A DNA stretch of 56,796 nt from a virus. Taxonomy: Duplodnaviria; Caudoviricetes. Location: IMG/VR virus record IMGVR_UViG_3300022934_000023, positions 1 through 56,796 of that record. One strand, 5' to 3'. Each line of letters begins with the position of its first letter. The stretch's first letter is position 1. The position numbers and the translations under genes were made by a program. This document shows, piece after piece, positions 31,430 to 39,560 of the stretch. Under the pieces are notes generated by a model. The model did not search any database and had not been told where the DNA came from. It was given only the letters and a program-made list of their open reading frames with translations.

Positions 31430-32270
31430 CGACGAAATCCGAAGCAAGATCGGATTCGTCATCGTTGGTTTGCAACTTGACTGACTCGCGATACTGGTTG
31501 GCGATGGTCTCATTGTGAGCCTTCACGGTTTCCCCAAACATCCTCATCAGTTCCTTGTCGGTATCCGTAATCGCCACCTCAGACGAATAAGTCATCAGCG
31601 GCGTCCAGAACGTAACGCTGCCCTTCTTATTCTTGTTGGTGTCCAGTCGTGCAACAACCTTCTGCATCACCTTCTTCTGGCGAGACAGACTGTCGATGAA
31701 GTCAGCAACAGGCTTGAAGCCTGAACGCTTGAAGTACGCGATCACAGGCTGATCCTCAACCACTACGGGATTACCGTCTGCGTCTGCGAACTCGCCACTG
31801 ACCTTGCCATACACGACTTGATTACAGACCACGGAACGAGAATGCAGGTAGCGGGGATCGTCCTTCGCCATGCTGTCTTCTTGATCGCGGGTCAGACGGC
31901 CACACTTGTTGCCGCCAGTGTTGTCAGGAAACTCTCCCGACAGTACAGTCTTCTGGACTGACTTCATTGCAAAGGAGTTGGTCTCCTGATCCCACACGCT
32001 GTACTCGTAGGTACGCAGCAGGACTTGCAGCATCACGGTATCGGCGTAGATGAACTTGCCGTCCATATACATCTTCCATGCGCCACGCTTCAACGACACA
32101 CCTTCGTCGTTCTCTGCATCGTAGTTGATGTTGAGTCGGGGAAGTCCAACCTGACGGTTGCCACCGGTTGACTGACCGGTTGCCTCCATCAGAGCCTGAT
32201 CATCTCCATCCTCAAATGCCTGTACGAGTTTATCCACATCGTCGAGTGCCATTACGTCTGTCCCAAGCAT
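31413..32270 (-). CDS. Putative single-stranded DNA-binding protein
   Basis: Between polymerase and exonuclease, own promoter, acidic C-tail. Confidence 0.55.
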   Translation of the reverse strand: MLGTDVMALDDVDKLVQAFEDGDDQALMEATGQSTGGNRQVGLPRLNINYDAENDEGVSLKRGAWKMYMDGKFIYADTVMLQVLLRTYEYSVWDQETNSFAMKSVQKTVLSGEFPDNTGGNKCGRLTRDQEDSMAKDDPRYLHSRSVVCNQVVYGKVSGEFADADGNPVVVEDQPVIAYFKRSGFKPVADFIDSLSRQKKVMQKVVARLDTNKNKKGSVTFWTPLMTYSSEVAITDTDKELMRMFGETVKAHNETIANQYRESVKLQTNDDESDLASDFVDVDAA

Positions 32271-32303
32271 ATTTTCACCTCTTTTGTTTGGGGTTGTAGA
32301 ACG

Positions 32304-32332
32304 ATATTACAGATCAACTTCTTCCAAGTCAA
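32304..32332 (-). promoter_or_regulatory. sigma70-type promoter for SSB-like gene and downstream genes
   Basis: TTGACT-17 bp-TAATAT in the end of the polymerase gene. Confidence 0.65.
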
Positions 32333-33842
32333 GCCAGTTTTTTCCGATTTTTATTTCGATGCCAACTGGCATGTTGTAAGCAATGCCGTATCTGCGAATG
32401 GTTTCAAAGGGTAACGAGAGCATGGCATGTTTCATCATGTCTATGCAAATATTTTTTTCGTCCGGATGCACGTCCATCACGATGGAGTCGTGAACCGTGT
32501 TGCAAATCACGCTCTGGATTCCGGCAGAGTCAATGACCCGCTGCAGCGACACCAGAGCCAGAGGCAACAGGTCAGCCGTAGCAAAGCCTTGGACCGGATA
32601 GTTACAGATGGCGGTGCGGTTAGTTGCTGTACCCCACTCTGTCCACTTGCATCCGGGGAACATGTACTCCCGGCCCGATGGTAGGGTAACTTTCTTGTAG
32701 CGTACCGCATCGCGTTGCAACTTGTCATGCCACTCGGTCACGCCCTCGTACTTTTCCTTGAAGGCACGGTAGTACCGCTTCTGATCCTCTGTGCCAGTGG
32801 TGCCACCGTACAGCGGCTTGAATGTGTGGGCCTTAGCCTGTTGCCGTGTGCAGCCAATGACGCTGGCTGTGTAGCTGTGTACATCTGTGCCAGCCTTCAC
32901 GTCGGCGTAGACCTGACCGTCTTTTGCAAGAAAGCCAGCTACACGAAACTCTAGCTGCGAGTAATCCCCCTCCATGATGAGGCCACCCTCGAAGCGGCTC
33001 TCGACCACCTTCCGTATAGCGAAGGTATTTCCACGTGGCATATTCTGAAAGTTAGGATTGCGGCTCGAAAGGCGACCCGTCGCCGTAACACACTGCATGA
33101 ATTCTGGATGGATGAAGCCGTGGTCATCCACGTTGTTTTCCATGCCTTCAACAAAAGTGTTGATGTACGTCTTGAGGGCGTTGTATCGCGTGTATGCCGA
33201 AACAAATTCACGTGCGTCTCCCTGTAGTTCGTCTAGTCTTTCTTCCAGTGTAACCTTGTCTGCGCGGAAGCCAGCGGCAGCAGTGTCCCACGTGTTGCGT
33301 GGCACCAGCTTGAATCCCGCCACTTGCCCAGTAGGCACGTAAAGGACGCCAGAGCCGCCGCAGGGCTTACATACACGTACTGCCTTACCCGGGGTGCCAT
33401 CTTTGCGTAAGGCGCGTGTACGGCCCTCTCCGGAGCATTTGGGGCATTGCTGACCTTTTGTCTTGTATACGACATCCGTCATGCGGCGTACGGTGCCACG
33501 GAATTCCTTCTCTGACATGCGTACCCGCTGCTTGGGTTTCATGGTTGATCCACGCATCTCGTGACCGAGGTTGAACGTACGCGCCCACTCCTTCTTGTCG
33601 TGGACTTTACGTGAGTAAAGCAACACGCTGCGGTCGTCGGGGCTGGACAGGTTGATGGGCGTGTCACCCATCGCATCTCGTGCGAGTTGCATGAGTCGAG
33701 TCTCTAACTCTTGCATCTCTTCCTCGTACTGCTTGCGAATGTCTGCAAGCGTGTCGAGGTTGATCCGGAGTCCGTTACGCTCAATCTGCGAGAGCGTGTT
33801 GGTCATCTCCAGTGACAGTTTCAGTGTCGGTACGAGGCTCAT
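32307..33842 (-). CDS. polA: Family A DNA polymerase, polymerase part with DnaJ-type zinc finger
   Basis: TATGRLSS..PN.QN, DYSQLE.R, R..AK..TF..LYG, NYPVQG, VHDS; CPKCSGEG and CKPCGGSG. Confidence 0.93.
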   Translation of the reverse strand: MSLVPTLKLSLEMTNTLSQIERNGLRINLDTLADIRKQYEEEMQELETRLMQLARDAMGDTPINLSSPDDRSVLLYSRKVHDKKEWARTFNLGHEMRGSTMKPKQRVRMSEKEFRGTVRRMTDVVYKTKGQQCPKCSGEGRTRALRKDGTPGKAVRVCKPCGGSGVLYVPTGQVAGFKLVPRNTWDTAAAGFRADKVTLEERLDELQGDAREFVSAYTRYNALKTYINTFVEGMENNVDDHGFIHPEFMQCVTATGRLSSRNPNFQNMPRGNTFAIRKVVESRFEGGLIMEGDYSQLEFRVAGFLAKDGQVYADVKAGTDVHSYTASVIGCTRQQAKAHTFKPLYGGTTGTEDQKRYYRAFKEKYEGVTEWHDKLQRDAVRYKKVTLPSGREYMFPGCKWTEWGTATNRTAICNYPVQGFATADLLPLALVSLQRVIDSAGIQSVICNTVHDSIVMDVHPDEKNICIDMMKHAMLSLPFETIRRYGIAYNMPVGIEIKIGKNWLDLEEVDL

Positions 33843-34383
33843 TGAACATCTCCTCAAAGGTTACGCCATAGGCGTCTAGTTGTTTCAGTGCGATCTCTTC
33901 TGTGGCTAGTACGTCCGCACGACCGTACTCCTCAATTATCTCCCACGGTATATCGTAGAACGTCTTGCCGTCCTTGAGATACGGCTCCACAAGGTCTTTC
34001 TCCTTGCGGGTAACGTCATACTTTTCTGTAAGAGCAGCAAGTCCAAGAGGCCAACGCCTCGCTCGGGCCAGAATATATTCCGCAACCATCGTGTCATAGA
34101 TATGTCCCTCGTATGTAAAGCCGCACTCACGTATCCAAGTCAAGTCGAACTTGATGTTGTGGCCGACAAGTACGTCGGCGTAGTTCAGTGCGCGTTGGAA
34201 ATTGTCGAACGCATTTGGGCTAGGTGGCTCGGTTGAGTGATAGTAGCAGTCGTAGTCCACACCGCTGACTAGCCACTTGTAGCCGATAGAGACCAGCCGG
34301 TTGCCAAAGTATGGCAGGGGCGAGTAGCCGCCGCCACGCTTCTCCGTGTGGGTTGTCTCCACGTCAAACGTCAGTACGTTCAT
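33781..34383 (-). CDS. 3'-5' proofreading exonuclease domain as separate ORF
   Basis: ExoI DVET, ExoII HN.KFD, DTM, ExoIII Y...D. Confidence 0.88.
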   Translation of the reverse strand: MNVLTFDVETTHTEKRGGGYSPLPYFGNRLVSIGYKWLVSGVDYDCYYHSTEPPSPNAFDNFQRALNYADVLVGHNIKFDLTWIRECGFTYEGHIYDTMVAEYILARARRWPLGLAALTEKYDVTRKEKDLVEPYLKDGKTFYDIPWEIIEEYGRADVLATEEIALKQLDAYGVTFEEMFNEPRTDTETVTGDDQHALAD

Positions 34384-34681
34384 CCGTCTCTTCCTTTGGG
34401 TTGTTGAAGAATCTGCTTACAAAGTCTTCTATGCCCATGCTGCTGTAGTGCTTGTGGGATATTGCTGGACCTTTACACCACCTGCCTGTAGTCCAGTAGT
34501 AGGTGTACATATCACCCTCGGAGTTATACAGGTACAGAAGGTGGGCACCTAAACGCTCTTCCCACGGTATGCCCCTCTCTTTTAGGAACTCTTGAACAAA
34601 AGCTAGGCTCTCTTTTGTGTCGCGTCGATAAATACGCTTGCCCTTGGAGTTTGTACGAACATATCGATATTCGCTACTCAT
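34364..34681 (-). CDS. Hypothetical protein
   Basis: Coupled to helicase stop. Confidence 0.65.
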   Translation of the reverse strand: MSSEYRYVRTNSKGKRIYRRDTKESLAFVQEFLKERGIPWEERLGAHLLYLYNSEGDMYTYYWTTGRWCKGPAISHKHYSSMGIEDFVSRFFNNPKEETDERTDV

Positions 34682-35901
34682 CAGTAATACACCCCCTTCT
34701 CTACGTCGATCTGTGCATTAATCATGCCGTGCCAACCATTCAGCTTATTCTTCGACACACAAACATGACGAACCGTGTTCTCTACCTCACTTGATCCAGT
34801 CTTGCCGATGCCGATGATGATGTCGGCCTCGCCAGCCTTACCAGTACGCGAGTTGTCCAGCATGGAGTAGTCAATAAATTGACGGTCGTGTGCGTCAAAG
34901 TTTGCCTGACTGACTGCCCAGACCAGCAGCTTGTTGCGCTTGGCAATCTCTCGTGCGTAGACGTAGGTCTCCTTGAGACGCTCGTCACCACGGTTGAACT
35001 CGCCCTTGATGCGGAACTTGTCTAGCTGATCCATGAACATGATGTCAGGCTTGTTCAGCTTGGCATACTCGTCAGCCTCTTCGACAGACGTACCCACCGA
35101 GTCCATGACTGTGAGGTAGGGTGCGATCTCGTCACGATACTTAGCCGCGAGGGTTGCACGACTCTCACGCATCTCCTGCTGGGTCAACTCAAAGTATGAC
35201 TGAATAATCCGCAGCTTGATGCGATCTGCTGGCTCCTCGTTGGCCCAGTACACAACCTTAAGTCCCTGCCGGATGTATGACGCAGCAAGGAAGCAGCAGA
35301 AAGTTGTCTTACCAACTTCCGGTCGAGCAAACAGAATGCCAAGATTACCCCGATCCAAGCCGGGAACTTCTTCCTGCAACAGACTGAATTCAAACGGAAA
35401 GTCAGGATCGCCGGTTACTTCGTCGAGCAGTTCTTCCAAGTCGGTGTCCACTTCTGTGTATGTAGTTTTGTCAGACATGCGTCCGTCATCGACGGCATCG
35501 ATCAGGCGTTGCAACTCCCCGAACTCTTCGCTTTCGCCTGTGAAGATTTCAATGGCCTTCTCACCGATCTGACGCGCACGGTCACGCAACCAAAAGTTAC
35601 GCACCATGTCGATGTGCATGTCCGTGTTGTCGGGGTTGCCAGCCTCAAGCGTGACGATGATGTCGTGTACCTTCTCACGCGCACTGTCGGGCATGGCAGG
35701 GTTGCGATCATCGAACAGCGCAGCCAACTCCGATGATGTCATCGTGTTGCCATACTTTGTGTGGCTGTAGATCAGGGTGTCAAAGATATCGCGCATCTCT
35801 CGCGTGAACATTTCACGGTCCAGCGTGTTCTTTACCTGAGAGAAAAACTCTGCATCCAAACAGAAGCCAAGTATCTTTGTGTCAAGCGATACGTTCGTCA
35901 A
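34681..35901 (-). CDS. SF4 (DnaB/T7 gp4-like) replicative helicase
   Basis: Walker A ARPEVGKT, MFMD, SQ, EAD..IGIG, KNK. Confidence 0.9.
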   Translation of the reverse strand: MTNVSLDTKILGFCLDAEFFSQVKNTLDREMFTREMRDIFDTLIYSHTKYGNTMTSSELAALFDDRNPAMPDSAREKVHDIIVTLEAGNPDNTDMHIDMVRNFWLRDRARQIGEKAIEIFTGESEEFGELQRLIDAVDDGRMSDKTTYTEVDTDLEELLDEVTGDPDFPFEFSLLQEEVPGLDRGNLGILFARPEVGKTTFCCFLAASYIRQGLKVVYWANEEPADRIKLRIIQSYFELTQQEMRESRATLAAKYRDEIAPYLTVMDSVGTSVEEADEYAKLNKPDIMFMDQLDKFRIKGEFNRGDERLKETYVYAREIAKRNKLLVWAVSQANFDAHDRQFIDYSMLDNSRTGKAGEADIIIGIGKTGSSEVENTVRHVCVSKNKLNGWHGMINAQIDVEKGVYY

Positions 35902-36691
35902 TGAATTCGTCCCTTTCGTCGTCCATCATGTTCTTCAAGTCGGTAGGCAGTACAGCCAAACTAGTTGGCACAAGAAAATGCAAACGACGAACAATGTCAA
36001 GTGCTTTGTCAGTCGCATCCTTGTCCAGTGCAACGTACACCCTGCTGTATTTCGATAGCCTATTAGCGTGTTCGTTGAGCAGGTTCGTACCCAGCAGAGC
36101 CATGCCTGTAACTTTATTGCTTACAGAACATGCACTCGCGCAATCTTCTACCACAAACGCAATGTCAGAGGTTCCGCAGACGAATGGCACTTGGGACTTA
36201 CCGTATCGATACCACTTAGGCTTAGTATCACGCAAGGCTCGTCCGACTGCATCAACTGTCTTTCGTCCATCTCGCACCATGTACACGACACGGTGCCGCT
36301 TGAAGTCGTACCGAATGTCAGCACGACCAGACAGATAAGAGTCATAGGCATTGACCTTTCTCACATACAGTTCTGCATCCGTGTTGCGTGACAGACTGAC
36401 GAACGTGGACGGCTCCTCAAAGCCAACACTCACAGCCGGTGCCGGTACAGATTTTGTCAGCTTATCTTTTGTCAACGCTTGACTGGCGAACTCTTTTGTC
36501 AGCTTGATACCGGTACGCCCACGCACGTTGCAGTCAGCATGAAAGCAGTACCAGAGGCGTTGCATACCATCGTCCGTTACGCTAAACGTGTTTGACTTAG
36601 CGCAGACAGGACAGTCTGCTCGGTAACTTGTCAGTGGTTGTATGTCAAGTGACTCAACGTACCCTGTCAGCCACGGCGGTGATTTTGTCAT
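35882..36691 (-). CDS. DNA primase (zinc-binding plus TOPRIM)
   Basis: CPVC...CFHADC, KW.RY, VVED..SA, LGT, ALD.DA. Confidence 0.88.
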   Translation of the reverse strand: MTKSPPWLTGYVESLDIQPLTSYRADCPVCAKSNTFSVTDDGMQRLWYCFHADCNVRGRTGIKLTKEFASQALTKDKLTKSVPAPAVSVGFEEPSTFVSLSRNTDAELYVRKVNAYDSYLSGRADIRYDFKRHRVVYMVRDGRKTVDAVGRALRDTKPKWYRYGKSQVPFVCGTSDIAFVVEDCASACSVSNKVTGMALLGTNLLNEHANRLSKYSRVYVALDKDATDKALDIVRRLHFLVPTSLAVLPTDLKNMMDDERDEFIDERIA

Positions 36692-36740
36692 CGCTTGTCC
36701 TTTTCGTGATTTTTGTCACCATAACCCATATCGATATCGC

Positions 36741-36769
36741 TTGACAAGCAGAATTTTGTCAGCCACTAT
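36741..36769 (+). promoter_or_regulatory. Putative early promoter overlapped by TGACAA-N8-TTGTCA inverted repeat
   Basis: TTGACA-17 bp-CACTAT at the divergence point. Confidence 0.5.
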
Positions 36770-36798
36770 CTATATACCCCCCCTTTAGGGAGACCCCC

Positions 36799-36951
36799 AT
36801 GAGGAAGAAGATAGATAAAATTAATCCGATAGCCAAAACCCTACGGGATAGTCTGTACAGAAAGAGAATTGTACAGGATAAACGAAAGGGTGAACAGGAT
36901 AAACGCGCGAAGAAGGAAATCAGGGATGCCAAGACCACCCAAGATTCGTGA
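36799..36951 (+). CDS. 50-aa basic ArfA-like peptide (not on ORF track)
   Basis: MRKKIDKINPIAKTLRDSLYRKRIVQDKRKG...; AGGGAG RBS. Confidence 0.6.
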   Translation: MRKKIDKINPIAKTLRDSLYRKRIVQDKRKGEQDKRAKKEIRDAKTTQDS

Positions 36952-37141
36952 AGACACGAAGACGTACAACCTGTTGATGCCGACAAGACAGTATGATATT
37001 TTGTCAGCCCATTCATCACGAATGACTGAGGCGGGTCTGGAACAGGTTGCTGTAGCTGACCTGATCCGCGAAGCAATCGACGTGTACATCGAAGCATTAG
37101 AGGATGAGGAGTACGAAGGTAATGTCAGCAAGGAAGATTAA
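36926..37141 (+). CDS. Ribbon-helix-helix DNA-binding protein
   Basis: KTYNLLM strand, helix, then VADLIREAIDVYI. Confidence 0.7.
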   Translation: MPRPPKIREDTKTYNLLMPTRQYDILSAHSSRMTEAGLEQVAVADLIREAIDVYIEALEDEEYEGNVSKED

Positions 37142-37397
37142 GGTATTCAAAGATCGCAAGGGCAACGACTTGATGCCCTACGTTTTGTCAAAGGATGGTA
37201 GGCACGAGGTTGTCGCCCCAGTGTCATCCGTGCGGATTGGAGAGACACGCAAAGATTTTGTCAAGTCAAAGGCTTGCGTGGACTACGCACGATGGGTTGC
37301 ACTCTTTGTCGGACGAAGTGAAGCCGAATGCAAAAAGTGGCTTGACAAGTATCAGCGGGTGGTGCTAAGACTGTGTACACCGTACGAAGTCAGGTAG
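37122..37397 (+). CDS. Hypothetical early protein
   Basis: MSARKIKVF...; overlaps upstream gene. Confidence 0.6.
   Translation: MSARKIKVFKDRKGNDLMPYVLSKDGRHEVVAPVSSVRIGETRKDFVKSKACVDYARWVALFVGRSEAECKKWLDKYQRVVLRLCTPYEVR
37342..37371 (+). promoter_or_regulatory. Putative promoter of candidate sRNA
   Basis: TTGACA-18 bp-TAAGAC with TG extension; predicted start near hairpin base 37378. Confidence 0.5.
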
Positions 37398-37491
37398 TCC
37401 TTTCCCGGCTCCGTACGGTGCCTCCTTTAGAATAGTGTGTTGTTCGAAAACTTGAGCAGGGCTGGTAGAGATACTGGCCCTGTTCTTTTTT
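37378..37491 (+). ncRNA. Candidate anti-Shine-Dalgarno sRNA
   Basis: Promoter, hairpin with GUCCUUU loop, unpaired CCUCCUUU, intrinsic terminator. Confidence 0.55.
37454..37491 (+). terminator. Rho-independent terminator
   Basis: GAGCAGGGCTGGTA-GAGA-TACTGGCCCTGTTC then T6. Confidence 0.85.
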
Positions 37492-37559
37492 GTTTGACAG
37501 GGTTGATCGTTATCTGTATGGGTAATGTATTGCAACGCCAACACAGAGGAGATTGGCAC

Positions 37560-37808
37560 ATGGAAATCACACTGACTGACAATCAACGCCGGGACTTTCT
37601 CCGGGCACACAACGAACTCCGCAATATCATTTCTACGATACAGGAGTGCAACGATCTTTGGGTATCCGACTTGGCAAAGCTGGAGCGGCTGCAACATCTG
37701 CTGCACTACACGCTCAAGTTTACACCGCCGGTTGACGACGAGGGCAACAGGATGTGGTATCGTGACTTTGTGTTTGAGGAAGAGGTGCCGAGCGATGCGG
37801 ACGATTGA
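37560..37808 (+). CDS. Hypothetical early protein
   Basis: GAGGAG RBS before ATG 37560; TTGACA at 37494. Confidence 0.7.
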   Translation: MEITLTDNQRRDFLRAHNELRNIISTIQECNDLWVSDLAKLERLQHLLHYTLKFTPPVDDEGNRMWYRDFVFEEEVPSDADD

Positions 37809-38139
37809 GAACCACGTCGAGTGGTGCCACTGCTGGCAATGCGGTGGCTACGGCAAAGTCGAGGGCGAGGAGGCAGTGCCGGACCCTATCCGGGGCGGTG
37901 ATCTTGTCAGCAAGGTGTATTACTGTACCAAGTGTCACGGTGGCGGTGAAGTGTATCGCGCCAAGCTAACACAGACAACAGTGATCCGTGCCTTCTTGAC
38001 ACAGGCAAAGAACGCTCTGGAAGACATCGACCTCATTGACAGCGACCTCGACTTGGCATATGGCAGGATTGATGACGTGATCGGTGACATTGAAAACTAC
38101 GAAAGAAAGGTAGGGACACGCGATGGGCAAAGTAAGTGA
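37795..38139 (+). CDS. DnaJ-type zinc-finger protein
   Basis: CWQCGGYG and CTKCHGGG. Confidence 0.7.
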   Translation: MRTIENHVEWCHCWQCGGYGKVEGEEAVPDPIRGGDLVSKVYYCTKCHGGGEVYRAKLTQTTVIRAFLTQAKNALEDIDLIDSDLDLAYGRIDDVIGDIENYERKVGTRDGQSK

Positions 38140-38293
38140 CTGGCTAATCGAAATGGAAGAGGACGCCTCGTACATGACGCGCCAACAATTCATGGACAAG
38201 CACGGCGAGACGGTGGCCGAGGTTTACGACGAACTGCAACTCAAGTGGCAGTACGATCACGCCGAACCGGGAGAGCCTGACGATGTGGGTTGA
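38123..38293 (+). CDS. 56-aa acidic early protein (not on ORF track)
   Basis: MGKVSDWLIEMEEDAS...; overlaps both neighbours. Confidence 0.65.
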   Translation: MGKVSDWLIEMEEDASYMTRQQFMDKHGETVAEVYDELQLKWQYDHAEPGEPDDVG

Positions 38294-38465
38294 CCCGGAA
38301 GACGATCCGCGTCTGGAAAATGTCAGTGAAATATTGTCAGCCCTAATCACTGAACGCGACCGGCTGGAGTGGGAGGGGGATATTGTCAGTCCAAATATTG
38401 TCAGCCGGATACGCCGTCTACGAAATCTTGTCAGCGAGGGAATACTGTGGGAACCAAAATTCTGA
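38283..38465 (+). CDS. 60-aa hypothetical protein containing five motif copies
   Basis: GGAG upstream; operon packing. Confidence 0.55.
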   Translation: MWVDPEDDPRLENVSEILSALITERDRLEWEGDIVSPNIVSRIRRLRNLVSEGILWEPKF

Positions 38466-38653
38466 GACGAAAAATTGTCAGCCCAAATATTGTCAGCCAA
38501 AAGCACACAACATTATCGGCGAACAATCCCTGTGGGACATGCGGACAGCCAGCCATGACGAGAGAGGGCGACCGGCTGCGCTGTCCGTCCTGCTGGCTAA
38601 AAGAACAGGCAAAAAAAATAACGCCTATTGACCGGGGCGGTTATTATCCGTAA
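38447..38653 (+). CDS. Putative zinc-ribbon protein (start uncertain)
   Basis: CGTC...CPSC; GTG after GAGGG. Confidence 0.45.
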   Translation: MGTKILRRKIVSPNIVSQKHTTLSANNPCGTCGQPAMTREGDRLRCPSCWLKEQAKKITPIDRGGYYP

Positions 38654-38656
38654 TCT
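38628..38656 (+). promoter_or_regulatory. sigma70-type promoter
   Basis: TTGACC-17 bp-TAATCT with upstream A tract. Confidence 0.65.
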
Positions 38657-38694
38657 TGCCGGACGTTTAGGACATACGAGAAGGACACAACGAC

Positions 38695-38949
38695 ATGAAA
38701 AAGCGAATACACATAAATCAGCACGTCATCCGGGCGAATGCCAAGAACGGCACAAACGACCCGGCAATCACTGTCAAAACATACCGTAACAATTATTACG
38801 CGCACCGGGTGGAAATCGACGGCGCGTCGTCTGTTGTTTACTCACCGGACAAACCGTTAAATTGTGGTGCGCGGGTATGGGTGGAAACTGACGAACCGGT
38901 AACGCTGCACGGCTTGGATAATGATAATTTTACACTGGTGATAGCATGA
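38695..38949 (+). CDS. Conserved phage hypothetical protein
   Basis: IH.NQH.I..N...PL.CGARVW.ET. Confidence 0.75.
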   Translation: MKKRIHINQHVIRANAKNGTNDPAITVKTYRNNYYAHRVEIDGASSVVYSPDKPLNCGARVWVETDEPVTLHGLDNDNFTLVIA

Positions 38950-39560
38950 AACAGGCTACGCTGATCGATCACGAAAAGATGATCTATAATATTTGCAGCG
39001 TCTATCGTGACGCCGACGAAACGCAACACGCGGAGGGCTTGTTGTGGTACGATAACGCACAAAAGGCGGCGCACGATATCGCGGTAAAATATGGCATCGC
39101 TGTTTACATTGTGGTGGCGGTGATCGCCGCGCTATCCCCAAATAACAAATGGTCTCGAAACGTGACAAACGCGGCGACGCTAATTGATGCTTTCCTGCGC
39201 GGCGACGGCATCGACTCGGTGAAAGTCTCGACCTACAACAAGATGAAGGCGAAGGCTTGGGACATCTTGGCGGCGCGTCCGGACTATGACGGCGCAAAAA
39301 AGATGCTCAAGGGCCAGAAGATCACGTCCTTTTTTATGGACATCATGGGCGAATTCAACGTCACCATTGATGGCCACGCGCGAAACATTGCCTACAATGA
39401 GCGGGTTGGATTGACCGACGACCGGACAAACATCGGCGTCCGTGAATACCGCGCTTTGCAAGCCGCTTACGAAGAGGCGGCGCGACGTGTTGGCCTCATG
39501 CCGTACCAGCTACAGGCGATCACTTGGCGCGTTTGGCGCGACCGGCACGGGATTACATGA
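38946..39560 (+). CDS. Early protein with possible HhH-glycosylase-like fold
   Basis: WY..A, ALSP...W..N, VTIDGHA, LQAITW. Confidence 0.6.
   Translation: MKQATLIDHEKMIYNICSVYRDADETQHAEGLLWYDNAQKAAHDIAVKYGIAVYIVVAVIAALSPNNKWSRNVTNAATLIDAFLRGDGIDSVKVSTYNKMKAKAWDILAARPDYDGAKKMLKGQKITSFFMDIMGEFNVTIDGHARNIAYNERVGLTDDRTNIGVREYRALQAAYEEAARRVGLMPYQLQAITWRVWRDRHGIT

Noticed and set aside
38317-38500. TGTCA repeats as PhoB (pho) boxes
   Set aside because: Pho half-sites repeat every 11 bp; these pairs are 14-15 bp apart and mostly intragenic
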